NCBI GenBank assembly: GCA_021613535.1 | Contig: CP075493.1 | Coordinates: 3,906,001 to 3,970,000 of the forward strand | Direction: 5' to 3' | Length of the DNA: 64,000 bases | Source of the DNA: Adineta vaga | Taxonomy: Eukaryota > Animalia > Rotifera | The notes under the pieces: generated by a model | The model's database searches: none | Seen by the model: the letters and a program-made list of their open reading frames with translations, nothing else | What the model was told of the DNA's origin: nothing | In this document: piece by piece, positions 52,509 through 64,000 of the stretch | Numbering within the stretch: position 1 is the first letter of the stretch | How the letters are laid out: each line of letters starts with the position of its first letter | Program-made: the position numbers and the translations under genes

Positions 52509-52910
52509 ATGCGATACTCTGCTGCTTACTTACTTGCTGTTCTTGGTGGCAATCCATCACCTCAAGTGATTGATATAGCCAAAATTTTGGGTAGTGTAGG
52601 AATTGATTGTGATGAAAAACGTGCTCAACAGGTTATTGATGCTTGTCAAGGAAGAAATCTTGAGGATATTATTGCAGATGGTATGAAGAAAATTGATGAA
52701 TCAATACTAACATCAACCGATTCCGTACATATTTCCAAAGAAAACGACCTACCTGGAATTTCACAAGTTCAATCTGCAGACAACAAATCGTTTGACACTA
52801 GTGACGATCCCTTTTACGATTCTGATCCAGAGCCAGTAAGTTTATATTTTAGTTTACACATACGATTTTTATTGATATATTTTTTTCAATAGATGAACCT
52901 GTTCGATTGA
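52509..52910 (+). CDS. RPLP2: 60S acidic ribosomal protein P2-like, divergent; exons 52509-52835, 52893-52910
   Basis: MRY.AAYLLAVLGGN.SP...DI.KIL.SVGI N-terminal domain; spliced C-terminus DSDPEPMNLFD*. Confidence 0.8.
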
Positions 52911-53917
52911 TTGGACAATATCAAATCTTATCAATATTTTAATCATCACGTTTTTTTGTTGTTTTTTTAAAATAATAAAATGTCACCTACTGATGACTTT
53001 ACAAAGTGTGTTTAAATAGAAATGTCATTCGCAGTCCTACTTCATTCCGCATACAATAAACTTTTAATCGTGATTCTTCGAACGAAAATGAAAAGCAGTC
53101 ATTACTATTAGTAATGTATTTGAAAGAACTTTTACACCGAATAATTTCATTTTCTCGATTCTGATTATTTATCGATTAAGAATACTTCATCATAATTTAA
53201 AAACTTAATTTTAATGAATAATTTCGCTTGTTTTATGTTTATACGTGAAAGAAAAATATTCAAATACAGATAGAGATAACGACATGTAATCTAACGTTCA
53301 TTTTCGACAATATTTACCCTCACAAATGATCATTCGCCGGAAGATACAATAACAATTCCATAAAGAATATGTTTTTATTGAATTATCATTTCATAAATAA
53401 CACAATCGACTAGTAATAAAATCAGATGGAATTTTTGTATAAAACATTAAAGAAGGGCGGACACTATCATGTGAGTTTTTAGAGATTGATATTTTTGAAA
53501 AAGACGTCTTTAGAAAAACATTCAAACATCGTTTTATACTCTTTTGCCTGCTTTTATTCTGCGAAGAATATAAGAAATTGTTTTTTTTTGAATGTAACCA
53601 TCAATCTGCTCACGGATATCCATTAGTAAATATAGGCATTAAAAAGTTTGTTATCAATTCGGAAGTCCGTCAAAGAGCGGCTTTTATCGATCTATCATGA
53701 CTTTCATTATCATTGCTGATTACTTGAATTTACGACATTCACAGACAAAATACCAATTATCATACAGGAATAAACTATGTTTTGTTTCAGTGATAAATAT
53801 TTAATATACTTTTAGTCAATCAAGATCTGTTGGTAGATAAATTGAGAGAAAAACATCGAGCTCTATAAAACGTTGATACAATGTTCAGTATTTTTGATTT
53901 TATCTACACGTTTTATT

Positions 53918-56900
53918 ATGAAATATTTATTCTATCTCATTATTTTACATTACATTCTTACTACATTACAATTCAATCTTTATCAAACAGATGATATAGT
54001 TGAAAATAAAGATTATCATGCATTAGAATACAATTGTCTACATTATTCTTTTCTTTGATGCAAACGAACGGGAAACTCGTCAAATAATCTCATATTGTAT
54101 GAATGAATTTACATCGAAATTTGACATTAAAATCGACAATTCTTTTTCCAAATTTACTTTTGCTGATCTTTCGAAAGAGAATATCACGAGTGAACAATTA
54201 TATCAATGGCATGCATCGATCGATATTATTGAACGTTATCAATCATATTTGGATCAATCATATTTTGAAACATTAGCAAACGAAGTTATTTACAATTGTA
54301 CATTACCTCGATTTGGTGATTTATGTCAATATGAATACGTATATTATTATTCATTCTTTTCAAGTCTAGAAGATATGATTGAGATTTATTACGGAAATTA
54401 CAACTATAATCCATCTAATTTAAGTTGTTATATTCACATGCAATGTGACCGTGGTTTGCCACTAGCTTGTTTAGATTGGACGGAAATTTGCGATGGAATT
54501 ATACATTGTCTTAATGGTGGATTGGATGAAAAGTACTGTTCGAAACTGGAATTTGATCAATTGAAAAATCATCTGGATGATCAACAGATATATTCAGACA
54601 GTAAATGCGATAAGGGCGTACCATCTTTTAGACATGAAGAAATCAAATGTCGAAATGTTCTCCTTACAAGTTCATGTTCAAAAACGCGTTTTTCAAAGTT
54701 ATTCGAAATGGTATTGTCAACAAAACATCATGATTTGTCTTCGGATTGTTGGTCTGCATTTAAATGTATTCTTCAATCGTGGATTGAATCGAAATCATAT
54801 TGTAATGATTTTTGTGTGAATGATCAATGTATCAAAATCATAGAAAAATCCTGCCCATATATGATTTATATCTCAAATATTCCATTTATGTTCAATGATA
54901 TTTATCTGGCTTATGAAAAAAATGATTCACTACTTTTATATAATGGTCAATTTCACTATCCTTATTTATGTTATAATGGTTCTCATTATGATGAATATTT
55001 TAACACTATGTCCATACCGAAAATGTTATATAGCAACGTAAGCTGTTATCGAGAGATCCATTCTTTGGTATCACCCACGATTAGTATCAATGCGGAACAT
55101 TTCATTTATATACAAAACAATTTACTAAGTGGTATGCAAACCGCAAATAATATATCGTCATCTTGTACTCAACCAAATCTGTATCAATGTATTAATTCAT
55201 CGACATGTATTCCTATCGAATATCTTAATGATTATGAACAGGATTGTCCTTATATGGACGATGAAAATTTAACTGAATCAAATGATACTGAACTATTAGA
55301 TAGACTTTTAAATATTTGTGGCATCTGTGCATTTTATGAAAATGAAGATATGAAATATATAAGAAGACATGTTTCATTTCAAACTATATGTGATGGATAT
55401 ACGGTCTTGAAACCATGGTTTATTAATGGACGAAAAGAAACAGATGAAACTGAATGTGAACATTGGGAATGTAATAATGTCTATACACGATGTAATGGCT
55501 TTTGGAATTGTTTAGATGGTGCAGATGAAGTAAATTGTCAGGTACGATCAACAATAAACTGTTCTTCAAATGAACATGTATGCGTTTCACCGCATAAGAA
55601 TGAATTGATCTGTGTATTTTTAACGAAAATAAATGATGGCATAATTGATTGTTTAGGTGCAATGGACGAGTCAGCGTGGTATCGACATGAATATCGTGAA
55701 GAATTTAGAAGATTTTATTGTAAAAGTCAAAATTCTGAAATCTACTTGTCTTCTGACAATTTGTGTGACGGTACCATACATTGTGATAATGAAGATGATG
55801 AACGAATCTGTAAAATACCAAATAATTGCGATATGAATAAATTTCTTGGAATATCGTTTCTAGGAGTAGATTCAGCAATCCAAAGTGTTCTATGTGAAAG
55901 TATAAACATTGTACCAAAACGATTATTTGTATATTTTACTCTGGGCAATAGCAGTAAATCGGATATAATTGGATTTGATAATACTCGAAGTATTGATCTT
56001 TTTCCATCCATAATTCCTGACGGTACAGAAAATACACGACAATCTCAATGCCATCGTGGTCTTGTTTTACGCACTTGGTTGGACAACATAAACAGACAAG
56101 CAGTTATCACATGTCTCTGTCCTTCGAGTTATTACGGTGATCAATGTCAATATCAAAATCAACGAGTTAGTCTTTCTCTTCAGTTTCGATCATTATCTGA
56201 TTCCATACGAACATCATATATTATAGTTATTCTGTTGATTGACGATAGTATTGAACGTATTATTCATTCCTATCAACAATTTACTTATATGTCTATCAGA
56301 GATTGTAATACAAAATTCAATAATTATTTAACGTATTCTATGCGGCCAAGAAATGTAACAAAAAATTATGCAATACATATCGATATTTATGAGCAGAATT
56401 CATTCTTTTATCGTCAAAGTTTATTATTTCCAATTGTTTCGAAGATTCTACCGGTTCATAGATTGTCTTTCGTCATAGATATTCCAAAAAGTGAATCAAT
56501 CGTGAAAAGTTGTAATGATCGTCGATGTGTTCATGGAACATGTATGAAATATATGAACAATCGAGACCATTCCGGTTTTTGTCAATGTAATCCTGGATGG
56601 ACTGGACAGAACTGCCATATTTCATTCAATTGTACATGTTCATCTGATTCATTATGTCTTGGAATATCTGCTAATCGTCGATCGATATGTATTTGTCCAA
56701 TGCATAGATTTGGTCCTCGATGTTATATTCATAATACAATTTGTCAAACAAACGTTGGTTCTACATGTCAAAGTGGTGGTACCTGTATTCCTTTTGATAA
56801 ATACAAAACAAGAGGAGCAAGATTTATATGCATTTGTCCTTTAGATTTTAGCGGAGATCGATGTGAAATACCAGATGCAAAGATAATTCTCTCCTTCGAA

Positions 56901-58478
56901 AAAAATCTTTTACCACAGTCAATGTTTATTCATTTTATTCGAGTTATTGCACATGACAAACCCGAACGAATAACTACTTTTAAAACAATTTCCTTTCCAC
57001 AAGATTTCGTGATCATTAAATGGCCACTACCATTTAATGTTGCATTTATTGAAATGGGTAAAAATAATTATTATCTTACTGCTGTTGAAAAAACGTACAA
57101 TCAATCAATAACGATAAATAGAATGATACATACATCAGATCGTTGTCCTCATATCAATGAATTATTCAATGAAACCATTATCAATTTACATCTTCTTCGT
57201 CGAATAAAATATTATCAAAAGCCTTGTCGAGATTATCATTTAAATCTTGCTTGTTTCTATGATGAAGCTCATTTATGTCTCTGTTATCAACATGAACAAA
57301 AGATATTGACAAATTGTTTCGAATTTAATCATAGTAAGACATTCGATTGTTCAGGTCAAAATGCATGTGAAAATGGTGGTCAATGTTTTCAAGATTCACT
57401 GGTATGTCCAAGTAGAACTATGTGTCTTTGTCCATCATGTTACTATGGACAACGATGTCAATTCACTACAAATGGATTTGGTTTATCACTTGATAATATT
57501 TTAGGTTATTATATTCAACCAAATGTTTGTATTTTACATCAAACAATAATTGTTAAAATAAGTATTGCATTGAATATTATTTTCATGATAGTAGGTTTTA
57601 TCAATGGTATTTTGGCATTGATTACATTTAAAAATAAAATTACTCGTGAAGTTGGTTGCGGTTTATATTTGTTAGGATCATCGATTACTACGTTACTTAT
57701 TGTATTTATCTTTGGATTGAAATTTTGGATACTTATTGCTGCTCAAATGTTTTTTATATCAGATGAATTCTTTCTTAATATGCAATGCATTCTTCTTGAT
57801 TTCTTTATACGAATTTGTCTGAATATGGATCAATGGTTGAATGCATGTGTAGCTTGTGAACGAGCAATAACTATTATGAAAGGTGCACGTTTTAACAAAG
57901 CGAAGAGCAAAGAAGCAGCAAAAAAAGTGATTGTTATTTTGTGCATATTGAATATAATGACATCCATTCATGATCCTATCTATCGACATTTAATTCATGA
58001 ACAACATAATGATACTGATGAGAAACGAACATGGTGTGTTGTTACTTATCCACCTGGTTTACAACTATACAATTCTATTATGTATATTTTTCAGTTTTTA
58101 GTTCCTTTTATTATTAATTTTATTTCGGCTACTATTCTTATTATGAAGAAAACATACAATCAATCAAATTTTCGAACAAACGAACCGCGCATAAAACTTT
58201 TAATTAAAAACTATCGACAACATCGACATTTATTTATTGCTCCTGTTCTTTTAGTCATCCTTGCTATACCACGTGTGATCATTTCATTTACATCAAAATG
58301 TATGAAATCAAGTAATGATACATGGCTATTTCTTATGGGATATTTCATTTCTTTTATTCCACCAGCTTTGACTTTTGTGATATTTATTTTACCATCGAAA
58401 TTCTATAAGAAACAATTTCATAAATCTATTGTTGAATATCAAAGTTCAATGCGGAGACGTTTTCGACTTATATTATAA
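53918..58478 (+). CDS. Large LDLa/EGF-repeat 7TM receptor; signal-peptide segment separated from the main ORF by a 1-nt frameshift near 54052
   Basis: Signal peptide MKYLFYLIILHYILT, LDLa repeats (CLDWTEICDG..HC..G.DE; CNGFWNCLDGADE), EGF repeats (CNPGWTG..C), C-terminal 7TM with ACVACERA. Confidence 0.85.
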
Positions 58479-58556
58479 ACTTTAAGACATCAATTCTATT
58501 TCATTTGAACTCTTATAATTATAATTACCTTTCTTCCATAACATATACGTTTGTTT

Positions 58557-59890
58557 TTAACAATAATTTGGAAGAATCTTTGATAAAGCATCAATATAGA
58601 GAGTACCGTTTCCTAACGAAGGAATCAATGAACCACTAGTTTCACTACATTCATTCCATGCATAAATGATGATTGTTTGTGCTTCAGCTGTTTGATTGTA
58701 CGTACATGTAAAATTCATTCCACTTCGGATCAGTTCTTGTAATTCTTCAACTGATGGTTGAATGTAATGTTCGGGTCCTTCGATAACCCATGGAACAGGA
58801 TTTTCAGCACGTGGACGTGGATCCCAACCAGTAGGTACTATTGGTACCATTTTGGCTCCGATTTGATGAGCAGATTGCCACCAACTAAAAAGAAAAGGAT
58901 TTGTCTGTTCTGTTGTTATTGTTGTTTTCTTTCAAATTATTTTCATTTACGTTTGAGCGGAATGAAGTAATTGAACAAATGGAGTTCCCTATAGATTATT
59001 CACTCTAAGAAACCAATCAATTTCCATTAATGAAAATTTGTTTACTTCGAGAGTTCCACCTGGTAAAGCATATGTAGAAATAGCATCGAATCCTAACATT
59101 GATGCATGTGATTGAACTGTTCGAACATCGAAATCCATCAATACCATGTATGGATTTTGTAATCCTATAAAGAAAATCATGGAATAAAATTCAATGACAT
59201 CAGATATTCACCTTGATTGATTGCCATTTGTCGAAATCGTTGAAATACTTGTCCACTACCAGTCCATCCACCTCCGCAAATATCAGCTTCAGCATCATCA
59301 AATTGAAATAAATACAGAAGTGAACGACCATCTAATACTGTTTGAAATTGTGGATGTTTCATAAGATCTAAATATTGTTGTTGAAAGGTAACATCGCAAG
59401 GAGAAGAACCTAATAGAATGAATGTAAAATTCAATAATGATCTATAGGCACTTGACAGATATAAATTCAATCCATAAGCAGGATTTCGAGGACAATATTG
59501 ATTTGATGTTTGTTTATAATATTGTGAACAATATGTATTATTCGTTGTACAATTTGATCCAAATGTACAATAAGTATCGAATGCCCAATAATCTATTCCA
59601 GCGTGTTTAGCATAGAGAATTTCTTGATCCATAACAATTTGTCTATCACCATTGAAAGAAATATTTGTCGGAGAAAGTATGGATGCATAGAATGGTATAC
59701 GATAATGAAATTTTTCAGGACTTAAAGCACGATGTAAATAAAAAGAAATTGGATCATATTGATCTTTGAATAGATTCCATGCATCCCAACGAATAACTCC
59801 TACTGCTGGTCGATGCTTTTCATTTGTACCAGTAGAAATAGTTACGAATACATAAAAACTTGTATAGAAAAATAGTAGGAATGATGACAT
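58557..59890 (-). CDS. Secreted GH99-like/WbsX-like glycoside hydrolase; exons 59890-59212, 59164-59046, 58988-58951, 58884-58557
   Basis: Signal peptide; VGVIRWDAW, MDQEILYAK.AGIDYWAF, GRSLLYLF, GFDAISTY, VPIVPTGWDPRPR, IIYAWNE.SE; three GT-AG introns restore the frame. Confidence 0.72.
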
Positions 59891-60421
59891 GATTGTTCCA
59901 CGTTTTCGTCTAACTTGAAATAAACATACATCCTCACACACTTATGCTTATCATTTGCTTTCTTATCTGATGTTTATCGAGACAATATCTATTTTCATAG
60001 AGTTATACTATTTAATTGTAACCTTTCATTGCTTTCAAGCTTTAATAATGGTATATCGATCATTTTCACTGGATTGTTTTTCATTTGATTTTTAAGTAAA
60101 TATCTTTTATCCTTTTGTACTTTGACTTCAACGTTATTTTTGTAATTTTATATGGGATCAATCTAACATAGCTACTATATTTCATGAGTATCATAACGCA
60201 CGATATAAACAGCTTGTATGAAGATTTGCAAATATTGAAATATTTCAAGCCAATGAAAAAATTGCAATTTTCTTTTCTTTTAAATAAATCAAAGAATACG
60301 TAAAAATACTGTCGTTTCCTATTTAATACATGAAATTAAAAAATAATTTCACAATCGTAATACTTATATAAAGGAGAAAACGAACGAATTAGTAAGGAAA
60401 TCAAATTATTTCATCTAAAAC

Positions 60422-61801
60422 ATGATAGAAAATATAGGGCGCTATATGAATATCATTCTCTTGATATTTACAGTTGTTACCATTATTTGTGCTCAAAATA
60501 ATACAATCGAACGTACAGAAACTGTCGATACTCTTGACATTGCTCGGGTATGGGCAGGACATCCTGTTGGTTTCAGTTTATTAACACATGTACCTTATCA
60601 ATTCGTTGCATATTATGATGATAAACGTCAATTAACCGTTGCACAACGTTTACTAACTGCTCGAACATGGACATATCATATATTACCAGTAGTAACAGGT
60701 TGGGATAGTCATAATTACATAGCATTAACTATTGATGATGATGGATATTTACATTTAAGTGGAGATATGCATGTAACCCCATTGAAATATTATCGAACAA
60801 TACAACCATTGAATGTTGCAACATTTCATCGTTTTGATAGAATGGTTGGTACAGATGAACTTCGTGTAACTTATCCTAGATTTTTACGTGGAGCCCAAAA
60901 GCAATTGATTTTTACTTATCGTGATGGTGGAAGTGGTAATGGAAATGAAATTTATAATGTTTATGATTTAAAAATGAAATTATGGAAACGTTTACTTGAT
61001 CGACCATTAACAGATGGTGAAGGTCAACGTAATGCATATTTTGATGGTCCTATTGAAGGTCCCGATGGTTATTTTCATTTAGCATGGGTATGGCGTGACA
61101 CACCTGATGCAGCAACCAATCATGATTTAAGTTATGCCCGTAGTAAAGATTTGATTAATTGGAGAACAGGTACTGCTAATCAGTCACTTACATTACCAAT
61201 AAAATTAAAAGATTGTGATATTATTGATTCTGTTCCTCCAAAAGGTGGCATAATCAATGGAAATGTTAAACTTGGTTTTGATACACAAGGAAGAGTACTG
61301 ATTAGTTATCATAAACATGATGCACAGAATAATACTCAACCATGGACAGCACGTCTTGAAAATAATCAATGGTATAAATATCAAATTACTGATTGGCCAT
61401 GGCATTGGGAATTTGGTGGATTTGGTACACTTCAATTTAGTATTCATCTCGGAGGAGTAACAAAACAAGATGATGGACGATTAATTCAAGGTTATAGTCA
61501 TACAAGATTTGGTGGTGGTACTTGGTTAATTGATCCACAAAATTTAAGTGCCATTGGTAAAGTTCAACGACAAACTACATCACCTGAAATGAGTCGAATC
61601 GAAGGAACATTTCCAGGATTGAGAGTAAAAACAAGTGAAGATTCTGGTAAAAGTGATAAAGTTGGTATTCGATATATGATACGTTGGGAAACGTTAGCAA
61701 GTAATTTTGATAAACCTCGTCCTGAACCATTACCATCACCGTCAACATTACGTTTATATGCATTGAAAACAATCATTGAAAATGTACCGAACGGTCGATA
61801 A
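60422..61801 (+). CDS. Secreted BNR_4 beta-propeller protein, PL25 ulvan-lyase-like, intronless
   Basis: Signal peptide; VWAGHPVGF, WDSHNYI, GYLHLSGDMH, TYPRF, YRDGGSGNG, NHDLSYARSKDLINW (Asp-box-like). Confidence 0.75.
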   Translation: MIENIGRYMNIILLIFTVVTIICAQNNTIERTETVDTLDIARVWAGHPVGFSLLTHVPYQFVAYYDDKRQLTVAQRLLTARTWTYHILPVVTGWDSHNYIALTIDDDGYLHLSGDMHVTPLKYYRTIQPLNVATFHRFDRMVGTDELRVTYPRFLRGAQKQLIFTYRDGGSGNGNEIYNVYDLKMKLWKRLLDRPLTDGEGQRNAYFDGPIEGPDGYFHLAWVWRDTPDAATNHDLSYARSKDLINWRTGTANQSLTLPIKLKDCDIIDSVPPKGGIINGNVKLGFDTQGRVLISYHKHDAQNNTQPWTARLENNQWYKYQITDWPWHWEFGGFGTLQFSIHLGGVTKQDDGRLIQGYSHTRFGGGTWLIDPQNLSAIGKVQRQTTSPEMSRIEGTFPGLRVKTSEDSGKSDKVGIRYMIRWETLASNFDKPRPEPLPSPSTLRLYALKTIIENVPNGR

Positions 61802-61988
61802 TAACAGAATATTCTTCTTTCATATTACTGAATAAAAAAGAAGATATTTATATCGATATGAAAAAAGTCAACGTTTCAATATAAATTTTGATAGAACAGA
61901 ATAGAAATGATTCATTACTACATGATAAAAATTTCACAAAAATCGTGTAATAACATTAGTCATATTTTCTTTAACTTTACATTCAAAC

Positions 61989-62678
61989 ATGAATAGGTGT
62001 GTTATTGATGCACGAACAAATCGCTATTTACCTAAAAATATCGCTGCAAGTACTGAGAATTTCGACACTGAACATTATCATTATGATCATGCAACAAATT
62101 CAATTGATTGTAAACCTCTATCAAATAATCCATATCATATTTATTTTCGACAAGTTTATCCAACAACAATCAACGAACATGAATTAACTGACGATATGTT
62201 CGATGTAATTCAATCTTATACAAATAGTCTATCTAACGAATGTTATATCAAAACAAATATCAATTTACTTAGTGCAAATTATGATGATATCGATTGGATT
62301 TATGTAAATAAACTTCGATCATTAATTCGAGGTTTAAATCAATCAAATATTAAACCTATTTACTATCGTGGTTTAACTTTAAGTGATAAAGAAATTCAAT
62401 ATTATCTTGATAAACGAAATGAATATTATTATACGAATTCATTTTTATCATTTACAATCGATTATGCATTAGTTTATGCTGGTAATGCTATTCTTCTTCT
62501 GAAAACAGAACATACAAGTGAAAAAGCAAAGAAAAATCTTGCAAATATCTGGAAATGGAGTGTATTAATGGAAGAAAAAGAAGCTTTATTAGCTGTTGGA
62601 ACAAAATTAAAGATTTTAAGTGTACATTATTTTGGTTATAAATGGCAAATTGAAGTTGAATTAGTCGAAGATGATTAG
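61989..62678 (+). CDS. Stand-alone mono-ADP-ribosyltransferase (R-S-E type) domain protein
   Basis: IYYRGL, TNSFLSFT, ANIWKWS...EEKEALL..GTKLKI. Confidence 0.75.
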   Translation: MNRCVIDARTNRYLPKNIAASTENFDTEHYHYDHATNSIDCKPLSNNPYHIYFRQVYPTTINEHELTDDMFDVIQSYTNSLSNECYIKTNINLLSANYDDIDWIYVNKLRSLIRGLNQSNIKPIYYRGLTLSDKEIQYYLDKRNEYYYTNSFLSFTIDYALVYAGNAILLLKTEHTSEKAKKNLANIWKWSVLMEEKEALLAVGTKLKILSVHYFGYKWQIEVELVEDD

Positions 62679-62698
62679 GACATGTTTGTATGGATTAT

Positions 62699-64000
62699 TT
62701 AAGCATTTTTGATTGTTACAGAATTTTCTAATTGAATATTATTGGATGTATCAGGAGGATTACTATCTTTACTATCATCAGCTTTAGCTTCGTCAATATT
62801 TCGTTTCTCAGGACCGAATAAAATGATAAGAAATAAATAAACATATACAGAAGATAAGAAAATCGCCATGACTTTTCCATAATCATATTGTTCATGATTC
62901 GTCATTTGAACACCTGGTGTCCTCTTTGGAAATGATTGACCAGCTTTAGCTTCAATTGTTGATGAAGCTGAAGAAATAAGATTACCCAATTGATATGCAG
63001 TACCAACTACAAATGAACGAAATTGTGTAGGCGATAGTTCCATTAAATGGATTGGTACAACACCCCAAACACCTTGTACACACATTTGTTGAAAAAAAGC
63101 GCCTATCATTATATTTCGATCAGTTGGAATCATATAAGCTGGTATAAGTAAAGCACCGATGAAAAGAACAACAAGTATTGATAAACGTCGACCAAAAAAA
63201 CTGGAAAAATAACCCACTGTCACACCCCCAAGTAGAGCACCACAATTAGCAGCAACAGTTGCTACAGTAACAAGAGTACTGGAAAATTGAAGAGTTGAAG
63301 AAAGAAATGTCGGATAGAGATCTTGACTTCCATGTGATAAAAAATTGAATCCTGCCATCATAAAAACTAAATAAATCAACAATGGCCAATGATTTACAAG
63401 CATGGATCGAACAGATCGCAAGAATGTACGAATAGATGATAGTTTTTCCTTCTTTTGATCTGAAATATTACAATCCTTAGTTAACGATAACAGCAGAAGT
63501 GGAACATTTTAATTTACCTGTATTATTGTTCATTTCACGTTCTCGTTTAACATTTAAATATGCATCCGTTTCAGGTAAGAATACACGCCATAGTGCAACA
63601 AGTAATGGTGGACAACCACCAAACCAAAACAGTGCTCGCCATCCATGTTGTTGATGATCCGTTATTGCTAAATTGAGAGCGGCTGCAAGAAGAAAACCAC
63701 ATGCATATCCTTGTTGTAATAATCCTGATAGAAGACCACGAGCAGCAATAGGAGCATCTTCAAGTGCTGTCGCTGCACAATTACCATATATTCCACCCAT
63801 AGCAATACCAAAAATTGCTCGAACACCAATAAATTGTTGAAAAGTTGTACAAAAACCTGTTCCAATTTCGACTAAAGAATATAAGATAATATTGATAATA
63901 AATGGCCATTTCCGACCGAATCGATCTCCAGCTATTCCAAAGATAATCGCTCCAATCGATCGAAGCATTAATGTTATGGTAATTGCCCAAGTCACATCTG
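62699..64000 (-). CDS. MFS carboxylate:H+ symporter, Jen1/SHS family; 5' end lies beyond the window; intron 63460-63517
   Basis: Jen1 TMS7 signature NxxSHxSQDxxxT (NFLSHGSQDLYPT), DRFGRKWP, GLLSGLLQQGY, YQLGNLISS, DYGKVMAIF. Confidence 0.88.

Noticed and set aside
58557-64000. Bacterial or fungal contaminant contig end
   Set aside because: Host-sized GT-AG introns, host-like AT-rich codons and direct adjacency to host-type receptor and ART genes
1-64000. CRISPR arrays, rRNA, tRNA, intact transposase or reverse transcriptase genes
   Set aside because: No regularly spaced repeats, structured RNA signatures or full-length TE ORFs recognised by eye; small ncRNAs cannot be excluded without covariance searches

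Overview
AT-rich eukaryotic genomic DNA with many 50-60 nt GT-AG introns. Gene content (intronless orphan GPCRs, an LDLa/EGF-7TM receptor, ART-TPR proteins, several non-metazoan-looking enzymes) points to a bdelloid rotifer; this assignment is inferred. Left half: an unknown Pro-rich protein, Rbfox (with apparent autoregulatory splicing elements), a small neuropeptide precursor, a Cys-rich single-pass membrane protein, three orphan GPCRs with nested DNA-transposon relics, a ZNHIT1-ERH pair only 38 nt apart (possible trans-spliced operon) and KIF1/unc-104. Right half (about 40-64 kb) looks accessory: UDP-sugar epimerase, PLAT-repeat protein, ART-TPR protein, MAO-N-like amine oxidase, CD225/dispanin, divergent Ran and divergent P2 paralogs, GPCRs, and a terminal cluster of foreign-looking GH99-like hydrolase, BNR_4/PL25-like lyase, mono-ART and Jen1-like carboxylate transporter. 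Exon boundaries were read by eye and family assignments come from recognised motifs, not database searches.
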